Origin: Amphiscolops sp. MND2022
Taxonomy: Eukaryota
Assembly: GCA_964187785.1 (NCBI GenBank)
Contig: OZ076409.1
Coordinates: 18,044,001 to 18,108,000, forward strand
Direction: 5' to 3'
Length of the DNA: 64,000 nt
The notes under the pieces: model-generated
The model's input: only the letters and a program-made list of their open reading frames with translations
The model's database searches: none
Told to the model about the DNA's origin: nothing
Made by a program: the position numbers and the translations under genes
Part shown: positions 14,001 to 25,700 of the stretch, piece by piece
How the letters are laid out: each line of letters starts with the position of its first letter
Numbering within the stretch: position 1 is the first letter of the stretch

Positions 14001-17000
14001 CCGATGAAACTTTTGAAGTGAACTAAAAGTGGGCCAATTTGTGAAAATAATTAGCTATTTGTGATTTTTTGGTGTTTTCTATGGTGTTTTAGCGGCTTAT
14101 TCTGACAAGACGTCATCTCTTTAACAAATCCTTTTGAACGTTTAAGTTATCGTTCTTCGAACAAACTTTTGAACCCTTTAGACTGTTTTTTGAAACAATT
14201 TTCATGTATCTCCTGAAAAGCGTAATGGATAGGCAAAATTGTGTCGTTGAACAATTTTATCATGCTAATCTACATTTTTTAAAGATTTTTACGAACTTTG
14301 AAAAACAGAGAACTGTAATCTGTAAGACATTGTGTCACACTGAGGTAGTTTTTTTGTGAAAAAAAACAGACTAGCATAATTTGTGTAAATAAGCGGATAT
14401 TGTTGAATCGTTTAAAATATCTTCACAGTTGAAACCTTTCACAAAAATGACTAAATTTCTAGAAAACATTGGGGTCATTTTGACCGCTTTTATTTGAAAC
14501 TGAAAATGAAAATGTTTTTTCAAAAACGCCACCTGGATACAGATCGTTGTTGAGAGCCTAAACTATTCTAACTGTCGAAATCGCACAAAAGAGTTACAAA
14601 AGATTGCATAAAAACAAAACCTTGAAGTTTTTTAAAAATTTCCATTGTTTCGGGCCAATCGGAAGTTTTTTCTACTAGAAAACTTCAAATTCTTTTTCAA
14701 TGACGCACTGCATTCCTAATAATATTGTTCGAAGCTTTTTGAATTTTCTCACCTGCCATATTTCTGTATTTTTTAACTAAAAGTCACTATATTGTCAAAA
14801 GTTGCCGAATTTTGTTTCTTCACTATTTTAAGGTCATTTTGAGGTTATTTGCAACTGGTTTTAAGGTTTTGAAGTTGCCAATGACCTTTTAAAAGCCTAC
14901 TGGATAACGAGTTTGTTTGCTGTTCAACTTTTAATTCCTTTTAACATTTGAAACTTTTCAAACTTTCTAAAAACTTGCGGAAAAACGTTGAAATTGGATT
15001 AGGTTTCTTTTCGGACTCATCAAGGTTGTTTTAAAGTGTTTTCTATCGACAAACCGCAATCGTCTCTTCAAAAAAACTACTGGACAACGGATTCGACTGT
15101 GGTTCAAAAGTTTTTTGTAGTGTCATTTTGTGGCACTTTTTTTATAACAAATATGCATTTAGTCCCAGAAAAAGTTCATGAGATAACAAAGATTTTCGTT
15201 TTCGAACGTTTTCAACGTTCTAATCCACCATATATTGGGAGATCGAGAAAATTCCCAAAAAACGTCAAAAAATGGAAATCTCGGAGTTGTCTTTTTGGAG
15301 GTTAATTCTTTCCTTGTTGAACGTTTTTAACATGGGAATCAACCAACTTTAACAGAAATTTGACAGAAAATGCATAGAAAAGGTTCAAAAATAAAAGTTG
15401 TGGTTTATTTTTGGGCCATTCTGTGGTCTTTGGCGTCTAGCAAAAACTTGTAAAATCTCAACAAAGACCTATCGCTTGAATCTTATTAACGTCAGTTAGT
15501 TTCTATGCGTGAAACATTTTAGTTTCGGTAAAGATTTTTGGGGAAAAACGCATCTGATTTAAATATTTTTGTTTCCATATAGGATATGGACGGAAAATAA
15601 TAATGAAATAATACTGAAACTTAACTTCATACATGTTTGAGATCTATAGACTGAATCTAAATAAATACTTTCGTCATTTTTACGTTTAGGTGAAAACTAT
15701 TTTGCAGAGAAAAACAACGAACTTTAAACTAACCTTCGAAAAAAAATGGTTCACTAGAAAATTTTAGTGCGCCGCACAAAAACCTTGCAACAACTGTTTC
15801 CTTTAAATGAAGATCTGTGATTGATAACGTGGTTGAGTGGGGTTATTAGTAGAGATAGAGCACCATTTTTGAACTTTTTACTACGAACTTTTTTACAAAT
15901 GCTACTTTCCACATGAAAAATTCCTCCCACTTGATTATCCACAAGAAATTGGCAAGAAACTGGAAGAAAACATGGTTTTTGTGATGAAAACATAATTGAA
16001 AGATTTGAATCCTTTCATTTTTAGGCACAGATTGATTTGAATTGATCAATCTTAGATTTCGGACTCTACAAAGTTTCAACAAAATCCACAGAAAAGTCGC
16101 TCAGATGAGTTTCTCAAGCAACTTTTGAAAAAACAAATAAATTTTCATTGCTACAAACAACAAAAAATCTTTATAAAGCGTTCAACGCTCAAGTTAATAA
16201 CCCTAGTTGAGACTGCTTGAACTTTTTACATGCTACAGGCCTGCATGCAGGGAAATTTTTTAAAAAACCTAGTAAGCCCACCAGCAAGCATCCGGTGGTA
16301 AATCTTGTAGAATTACACTGCATTCTCCACTACTGCAATTGAATATTTCCCTTTCACGTTGTGTTCACTCATTATTTTCTCAACTACATATCCGATTTAT
16401 TCACCGCTTCCCAAACAGGATGCAATAAAAATGGCGGCAAATTTGTTAACGTCTCAGGTGCATTTAAAATTACAACTGATGCATAATAAAACTAGCAGAA
16501 CTTCAGAGAATCAGTGAAAAAGTTGCTGGCAACTTGAAAGAACATATAAAAAGTTCAAGCAAGTTCAACAAGGGAAACCACATGTTGAACTCTATTCAGG
16601 AGGTTTTTGAAGAAACGCTTGCTGTATACCAAGAAATGCTGTACGATCAGTTTTCCGACTAAATTATTTAAACGTCCTCCATACAGCTTGTTCAACACCG
16701 CTCTTTACGGTAAGTATCGTAGCGTATATTTTCAGCCGGCACTTATTGAAACAAGCCCCAAACGGCCAAAGACGGCGTTTTATATCTAAGGCTCAAAAAA
16801 AGCAAAAATACTTCAAAGAGCCAATTATTATATTCTACAGTTACCGAAAAACCCAATTTGACGACAGAATTGACTTGCTCCTTCAGATTTTTTAACACTC
16901 ATTCTGTTGCAAAATATCAAAAACATTGAAGAGACAGATATTGAAAAATTTGCAGATTTTGAAAAAGGTTCGAAAAAAAGTCTCACAAAATCAAAACAAG

Positions 17001-20000
17001 GCATAAAAGTGTACCCGGGTCACGTGGTTGTACCATCACTCAAAGAATAAAGACTTTTCAAACATCCAAAAAGGTCTTATAGTACTGGAAACCGGACCCC
17101 AAAGCTTTACATTGGACGCAAATTATGTAAAATTTCTAGAAAAAAATTCGACAACGTTTATACAAGAAATGAAAACGTTATATCCGAACTTTCAAAACGT
17201 AACATTCGAACTTAGAAAACGTTTTATCCGAATTTATGTACGTGTTGGATATTCCATCGTTTTATTCGGAATTCGTTACACCGGTATGTGCTGTGCGGTT
17301 ATATACGGTATACGTTATATCCGGTTGGCATTAAATCCAGTTTTCGTTCTTCGTTATATCCGGTTTGCTACATGGGTTGTGTTCTTGTCGAAGTGGACAC
17401 CTTAACTAGTCAAATAAAGTATATAGACTGTCAAAATTGCAAGACCTTTTGGTAGTACTATTTTGGACACTTCGGGTATATTGAAAAAAAACACGTGTAA
17501 CGAAAAGCCATGACTACAGTCGACTCTTTCCGAAGAAAAGCGCTCACTAAAAAAAGTTATAGATTCACCACCTTTCCTAATCTTCCGTTTTAATGCCATT
17601 TCAGTCGAATTTTCAATATACTTCGTGGTTTAGAATGCATTGCAAGGAAAACATTCGTTGTCCCAGGAGGTTTTTTTTGAAAAAAAAACAAATACAGTTT
17701 TCATTAGAAAAAGGCATCAAATTGACACCGGATTTGAGCAATTCCCCGGAATTTTAAATTCTTTTCATGTTCATATGCAAATTTCGTCACGTTTTTGAAA
17801 GATTTCATAAAATAAATGTTTAAAACGTTCGACAATGAAGAAGATCGTTTTCCAGGAGGATATTCAGAAAGAAATTGCATTTGTTTGACAGAACGTTGCC
17901 TCGAACTTACACCGGAATAAACGAAAAATCCAAACATTTCCAGAGTGTGTAGTTTCTCAAACAATTTGTGTAATTAAGTTCATTGGTTAGAGAGTTCAAA
18001 TCGTTCAAAGACGACACCTAGCAATGCAGAACGCCCCGTTCAAAATAAAGTCGCAGTGTTTTGCTACAAACACATTTCAGAGTCACTCCAAGTGCAACAA
18101 AAGTCGGAGAGTTTCTTTTTTCATCGTTTTTAAAATAATTTTTTGATGAACTTCTTGAAACAATTCGTACTTTTAGAATTCGAAACGTTCATAACGATTA
18201 GAATTGTTATCTAGCAGTAGGTTTTTTGAAAAGTGGTCCTCAAAATGCCGAAAACAATAAATTTGAAATTTTTTCAAGATTTTTCTTAAAGATATAGAAT
18301 TTTGGTTAAAAGTTCTTGATTTAAAAGTTTCATAAGGCTTCAAACGGAACACCTAACCAGGCTCTACGCCTTTCATATAAAAATGAAGAAAAATGGCCGT
18401 GGAATAAGTGGAACAATACCGCAGATTGACAAATTTGTAAAGTTGTGGTGAGGTTTCTTTTGTAGTAATAATGAAAAGCATTCAACACAAAAAAACGTGG
18501 TATCAAAGACGCTCTTGGAAAAAATGCATTTTATTTTCTCAAAACAATACCTTCAAAATGGCCCAAAACTAGTGGAAATGAACCAAAACTTTCCAACTTT
18601 TAACCATTTAAGATTTCTAAGTTACATTTAGTAAAAATTGTTGTATTAGAAGCTTCGGAAAGAACCAGATGGTAAAACTAGCTTCGCAGCAAGTTTTTTT
18701 TCGTTTTAGGCCTCAATAACATCCCAAAAACAAAACAGTGACAACAAACTTTGGTTTTGTTACAAATTACTTTGAAGTTTTGTTCCATTCACGGATTTTT
18801 TGTCGTAGATAACTAACATTGAAATGAACGTTGAAACAATAGTCTATGTTATACGCTATTTAAGAAAGAAAGCGGCATAAGGTATCATACTTTATCTCGA
18901 ATTTGAGAACAAATGAATCAAAATTTCCAAAGTTTCTCATTTATCGACCACATTCTCCCAGTTTTGATCATTTTCAGAACGGTTTCCTGAATTAAAATTT
19001 ACATCGGCTCAGGGTCAAAACATTTAGTTTCCTGTGAGTGTTCCGAAAGGAAATTGCCTTACTGTAAAAAGAAGTTTCCTCGAAAACTTGATTTTTTTAA
19101 CCTTTTTGTTCAATATTTATTGTTCAATACGCTCCAGTCTAAACAACTAGCTACACAGGTATGCCTTTCAAAGACAATATTTACAGTTTTCCAGGTTGAA
19201 AAACACCGATATAACCTCAAAAGTCCAAACGTGTTTGACATTTTCCTTCATTTTCTGTAAAAGTTTCGAACTATTTCGTGGATGAGAATTGTGTAAACGT
19301 TCAACAACGACTGATTGTTGCATCCAGTAAGTGGATTGTTGCATCAGTTGCATTTTGAAACAGATATGGGCAGTTTGTTGTTGTTTGAAAAGAGCGTCAA
19401 AATGGCCCAAAGGAGTCGAAACTATCAAGTGTATCCACTTTTTGAATATTTCAGTGACTTTGTTTCCAAACGTTCAAAAATTTGGTAGGTTAGGTACTGA
19501 CATTCACTTATTTCAGTAACAAAACAATTCAGTACTCAGCGTATTCTTAAATCAGGTGTTTCCATCCAAAATGAGGATAAGATGAATCAAAGTATGTCAA
19601 AACTCTCATTTCTTCAAACTTCTATGCATTCTCATAGTGCATTGGCTACTTGTGAGCTCCAAGGATATTTCGTAGTAGAACAGTTTGGGATCTTGGACAG
19701 CGAAAATCTCGTTTTCAAATTGAGTTGCAGTTTCTGCTTCCGTAAATTTTGCGGACATAAAATTATGAAATTCGGATATAAGTGTTTCTTTTATTGATAT
19801 CGGACGAATTTTTAACGACATCGCGAAGGTACTTTTTGTATAGTAACTGTTTATCTTACTTTTGTTACGGAATCAGCAAAAACGGAAGGTTTAGAGTTCA
19901 GGAACTTCAATTTTTTGAAGTTTTCGTTTTTTCTTTTTACTAACGTGTTTACGACGACTTTACGAAGAGTTAAATTTATCGAAGGCACTGCAGCTAAATA

Positions 20001-20341
20001 TCATCATACCACTTTTTCCCAACCATCAACTGAAGCTGGATTTGAGTCATTTTTCTGTTTATTGTTTTCTGTTCAAGTTCTACTAAGACCATACGCTCCC
20101 AGTGTACAAAACATGTTTTCGTCAAAAAGTCGTACTTCGAAAAAATGCTTTCAAAATTGAACAAACTGCAGTGAAGTTTTCTTATATTCATCAAAAAAAT
20201 GCTATTTGATTAGTTTTGTGAAAATTCACAAATCTAGGAGTACCTGCTATACAAAAATCAATATAACTAATACTAGAACTTACCAGAGGCCATCCATAAT
20301 AACCCGAGGGTAGTAATCACGACCTTTTGATTCAGCTTCAT
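10708..20341 (-). CDS. Gene 2 (3'-partial): secreted or cell-surface FN3-repeat protein, probable paralog of gene 1
   Basis: Join of 20284-20341, 11886-12167, 10708-11016, all phase 1: MKLNQKVVITTLGLLWMASVCQC signal peptide then two FN3 domains. No further exon found to the left within the window. Confidence 0.75.
11511..11698. repeat. Near-perfect 188-bp palindrome
   Basis: 93-bp arms, 2-nt centre at 11604-11605, about 5 mismatches. Confidence 0.92.
11886..12167 (-). CDS. Gene 2 exon 2, FN3
   Basis: ttccAG|VCQCMAATITETAKTASSLSF...VTGLSPASGYIFNV...TGCT|GTGAGT. Confidence 0.88.
12298..12687 (-). mobile_element. tRNA-derived SINE with CORE/V-like central motif
   Basis: Box A TGGCGTAGTGG, box B GGTTCGAATC, motifs TCCTTAAGCAAGTC and TGTGACCTTGAGCAAGTTACT, (TTCTC)n tail. 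Confidence 0.75.
16201..16574. mobile_element. MITE family M1 (CCCTAGT...AGGG TIR), AA TSD
   Basis: About 30-bp imperfect TIRs; AA on both sides. Confidence 0.82.
20284..20341 (-). CDS. Gene 2 exon 1, signal peptide
   Basis: ATG AAG CTG...MKLNQKVVITTLGLLWMAS followed by G|GTAAGT, phase 1. Confidence 0.7.
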
Positions 20342-22691
20342 CTTTTTACCTCTCCATAACTTGACAAAAAATAGAGTTTTCAAGGTTTGAAAAATTTAAT
20401 ACTAGCTATAGTGTGAGAGTGGCTATACTTTCTTTGATTATCAAAAGTTTTGATTCTCTGCTTAGTACAGCATCATGTGAATTTTTGAAACATGGTACTG
20501 TAAAATTTAAACAGTTCTAAAATTGGTTTTCGAAAGTTGAGCAAAAACCAAATTATGCCAGCTTCAGACAAACATTTTATGCGCACAGCAAACTTTTGAC
20601 GTTTTTGAGCAGATTGTCAAAAATGCACGGACCGTAAAAATATGCACTCTAGAAAATTAATTAATTTCAAATTAAGTTGTAATTCAAAACTTCACAGCAC
20701 TGAAAGTAGATTTTGAGTGTTGCTCTGAGATATGAACGCCAAGAAAATGATGATAAATGACATCAAATCAGCAGCCATTGTGGCCATTGACGTAAGCATG
20801 AAATCTCAACTAAATTGTCTTTGAGGTTGTTCAAAGACAAAAAGTTGTATTTTTGGCTTCAGTTATGATTGATGAATCTCTCTAAAACAACTTAACAAAC
20901 AATGCGACCCAGAATTGAGAAGAACAAAGACAGGTTGAAGAAATAGGCTTCATAAATTTTTTCGAGTTGGTATTACAGGCCATTTTGGATATATTTGTTG
21001 AAATATTCAAAATCGATATTTTGAAATTTTTGATATTTTCAGTACTTATTCGTTCAACAGTGCTCTGATAGATTTGGGTTCTGGATGTATCAAAAGAGTT
21101 GAATGAAATAATATCAGAATCAGAGGTTGCAATCATGATTCTGTGACAGACTAAACAACGTGTTGTTTACCTTGTGCTCGAATAGTTGAAACTATTGCCA
21201 CGTTTATTCCAATCCAATAGCTGCTCATGTCCAGATCTTATCATGATCTTGGCATGTGATCTCTATGTTCGATAGTTATAAATAATCTGGCGAGGTTGTT
21301 AAGATTTACTTCATATTTTCATAGACCTTGTCAATGGGTCTGTCATTTAAAATTTCAGAATTACTTCTAGTGTCAACCAGTAGAATATACGAACCAGTCA
21401 GTATACTAAATACTATGGTCATGAAGAAAGCTGGAATTTTTCGTATTTAAAGGAGGTCTATTTTTGTAGATTCGGCTTCAGCCCAAAATTCAATGATGGA
21501 ATGCACATTTTTACTGAGATTAAACTGTAATGAGAAATTTTATACGTCCTCTTGAAAAATTCAGCACACTTTTTGGGATATGGGCTTATTGTTTTATCTA
21601 ATTTCATTTTTCTACTACGCATTAGTAATGCAAACGTAGCATTCGGGCCAATCAGAGCTATTCAAATTCAAAAATTCTCGGCACAAAGTCACATCCAAGA
21701 AATGATCTTTCATTTTGATTATAATAAAAGGCTTCCGTAAAATTCTGAGGTCAGCAGAAGCACCGGAATACGCAGCTCCCAATCTTTTAATTTTACAGAA
21801 TATTGATTATTCAAACCTGAAACCTGGAAATGTTTAATGACAACCCAGGGGAATCTTCAGATCAATTTTTGAAGCCATTACGGCGTGACTAAAGTGATGG
21901 AGTTGGACTATCACAGCTACAATTGGGGAGCTTTTTTCATTGTTGTTCAACGTGAAAGGCTTCAAATGGTCTAAATTGGTTAACATATAAGCATAAGTAT
22001 AGACCATACTGGACCATTTGAAAATACCATTTGAAATGTATATGCTTCTTTCAATTTTACGAAGAACTGATATATTCATGTTTTTCCGTTTTTAAAATTT
22101 ATCTTGAGCTCCCGGAACTTCAAGAGTTCCACGATCATCAGATTCTGTTGAAGTTTTTGGATTGGGGGTAGACAAAAAAGTTATTCGTATCAAAGCGAAG
22201 CGAAACTTCAGGTAAAAAATGTATTTTAGAACTTAATCTAAACGTAATGAGAAACAACGTCCAGAAGTTTAATAGAAAAAAATGCTAAATTGTTAATTAC
22301 AACTCTTTTAAAAGACTACTTTACCATCAAACACGCTATTTAAATGGTAAGAAATTTGTTCATTTTTTACATGAAAATTTGTATCCGTAAAAGTTATTGT
22401 GGCAAGTACATCACTGATATTGTTTTTGAGCTGATGTCACAAATGTCAAAACGCTAACAATCAATCTTTTGCAAATAAAATGAGGATCTAATTCACAAAA
22501 ATCCTTAATCAACAAAACTGTCGTTAACAGCTCTTTTCTATGGAGTAAACAGTTTGCATTAGATCCTTCGATAGTCTGTCGATACTTCAAAATTTTCAGT
22601 TATTTACAGAAAATTTAGTTTTGTAGGAGGTTTCCTTTTGGTTGAAACAACAATCGTGTATCATGCGTCTTGTATTGATGGGTGCCATCCA

Positions 22692-22791
22692 TCAAATGTC
22701 TCCATTGCCGAACATCATCAAGTTGTAGTCAGCCTTCATCTCGAAAGCTCTGTTGATTCGCCAATTGGGTGGGATTTCAGGTTCAGGGGGT
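22692..22791 (-). CDS. Gene 1 terminal coding exon, cytoplasmic tail
   Basis: tttttcAG|A CCC CCT GAA continues the polyproline run in phase 2: PPEPEIPPNWRINRAFEMKADYNLMMFGNGDI*. Confidence 0.78.
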
Positions 22792-25700
22792 CTGAAAAAT
22801 ATTGAAGAATAAACTACTAAACCTGATGAAAACATTTCTATTAAACATTGATAATATCAAAAAAAATTGAAAAATGTGAAAATTTCAAAATAATGAAATA
22901 CAATTTGAGTTAAGTGTGCTGCCCGTGTTATTGGAAAGAAACACATCATTGCCCTTCAACGATAGCTATTGCAATATAATGGACCAGATATTACATAAGT
23001 TTAGATATGCAAAAGGAGCATGATCTCCACGAATTGAAGAACCAACGAACAAGGTGCAAACCACAGTGTTGATCGACTTGTCTGAACCAAACCAACAAAA
23101 TGAACCTCGTTGAAGGAGAAAAAGTCCAGACAAGTTTTATTCAACAAGGGCTACAAGAGGACAGAAAACTTCAGATTCGGCAGGGCCGTTTTTCCGCAGA
23201 AGTTTTTGCCTGTCAATCTGAAACTTTTCATAACCTTGTGACTCAGTCGATTACGAAAGTCCCCTGTAGAGAAGTAACAATCTTATCAACGCTGAGTTTT
23301 TTTCACTAATGATAATTATCTCGGACATCACGCGTATAATTCAAACAGACAATACTTAATGACGTCATAGGAAAACCACTTCATTCTCGTTAGGACTCCC
23401 AATTTGTCCTTCTCGTCTTTTTTATTTTCCGCCCCACAATTTATTGTGTAGGGGGAGAAAAATCACCATCTGTGTACCACTCTTTACCTAAATTCTGCCA
23501 AATCTCTAATTTATCACTTCATTTAGTATGTGGCTATTCTAGTCACCATGGCGCAGTTGGTAGTGTGTCTGCTTGGCAGACACGAGGTCCCGAACCCGTG
23601 CTGATGCGTTAAATTTTAAGCGGAAAATGTCTCGGTGCTTAGCGGCCTTGTTCTACTATGGCTGGTAAACGCCCAAGCAATGTGCAATATCAATTTTTAT
23701 AAGAGTATGAAGGACGCCGTTTGACATGTTATTCGACGCAGTCGTACCAGACCAAAACAATAATTGACTCATTTTTTTTCATTAACAAAACTTTTGGCAT
23801 TCACTTTTGCTCTAAGACGGGAACGATTTAAACTTTTGGATGATCAAAAGTACTTACCAACTCATTCTGAGTCACTTTATCATTAGTTTGTTTATGGAGG
23901 CCATCAGGTGACATTAACAGAATACAGTTGTTAATTTGCTCTCTCGTGCTGGATCTGAGACACTTTTTTCATAGGCATAATAGGATGATCACGGATTAAA
24001 TGTCATGATGCCATAGAGGATCATGAAAAAAGAGCTATATTGCTATGGATAATCATTGATGAAAAGTCGTGAGGCCATGAATAATCACAGCTGAAAACGC
24101 ATAAAGTTAGAACCAAGAACATTAACCATGATTCGAATTTCGAATGCCATGAATATCACCGTGGATGGTTAGAAACTAATGCCGTGAAAAAAAAACAAGG
24201 TAATGGAAAAAAACTAAGAATGAGCCACATTGGTTAACCGGGTTGAAAAATGTGAGATTTTTAGAACTTCGCGTTTTCACAAAGTTAGATTACTTTGCGC
24301 AAATCACAGAATATACACGGCACTGTTTTTATCGCGTTCTAGAACGCCAGATTCGTGAAAGCAGCTGACAGGTTTGACCACGTTATCATAAGGAACCCGT
24401 TGGAACCGCAGCGGGAAGTGCACTTGGCCGCGATCGATTTGCATCCGCTAGCTGCGAGTTTAGAACCATTGGCAGTTGCTTCACTGACGAGTCAGGGTCT
24501 TGTGATTTTGTTGAAGATGGAGACTCAACAAGATTGAATTGTGCCTAACATAACTGGCGGAATCGAGGATGCGATTGTCGTAGTATCTTTTAGTAGGAGC
24601 GAAAATAATCCACAGCATTCATTACTAACCTCTACATGCAAATTTGAATTATTGCAATCTGGTTTCAATAGCCGAGTGCCGATAGAGCCACGACTGAAGA
24701 AGTATTGGCAGCAAGGCGAATTGAATTACCCGCCTAAACAACGTCTTCTTGTCAAGTTTCCGATTGAGAGTGAAACTCTCTGCAAACCACCAAACTGAAT
24801 TTTCTTACAACAGTCACGGGGTTTACAACTATGCCCTAGTTGAAGCTGCAGGAACTTTTTACATGCTGCAGGCATGCATGCAGGGTAATTTTTTATAAAA
24901 CCTAGAAAATTCAGTGAACTTCAGTTGGTAAATCATGTACAATTACACTGCATTTTCCACTATTGTAATTAAAATTTGAAATAAATTACACTAGATTACC
25001 GACACGATCAATTTGTATTCACACTTTGTTTCTCAACTACTCATCTGATGTGACCACCGCTTCTCAAATAGCACGCTAGACATGACGCTAACTTGCAGTT
25101 TATTATGAGACTGAAGATATTTTGCATTGATTTAGCGGTAAAATTGATAGCGCCTTATTTGCTTTCAAAATTACAACTGCTGCTTATTGAAACCTGCAAA
25201 ACTTCAAGGCTTAAAATTGCCGTCAAAACTTTGATGAATCTTTCAAGCAGCTTGATAAAAGTCAATTATAACAGGCACAAATTTTCGCATGAAAGTTTCC
25301 GTAAGAGTTTTAGAAAATCATAATAAAAGTTGCTGGCAACATTAAAGTACATGCAAAAAGTTCAAGCAGTTTCAACAAGGGTGGCTTTTCATCCTTTATT
25401 CATCCATGATTCACGGGTTCGGCATTTCCTGAATCATTCCACGATGAAAGATATCCATGATTCATAGATGAAAAACAATGACGCCATGGGTAACCATGGA
25501 TTAAAAGCGATGATGCGATTATGTCATGAGTGATCATGGATGAAAATCCATAAAGATAACCATGAAAAGACCTAAATTTTCACTTTCATTGCATTAGTGA
25601 TTTTATTGCATTAACCCGGAATGGAGGTGGAATTTTCTGGATGCATCCAAAAATCGGGTGCTTAAAATTTAAACCGCAATATCTCCAAAACTATTCAAGT

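Noticed and set aside
17028..17405. 125-aa ORF
   Set aside because: Made of short repeated motifs (TATCCG, AACGTT) in repeat debris; no domain evident
23545..23605. Possible tRNA gene
   Set aside because: T-arm and box B incomplete, no acceptor stem, embedded in a repeat
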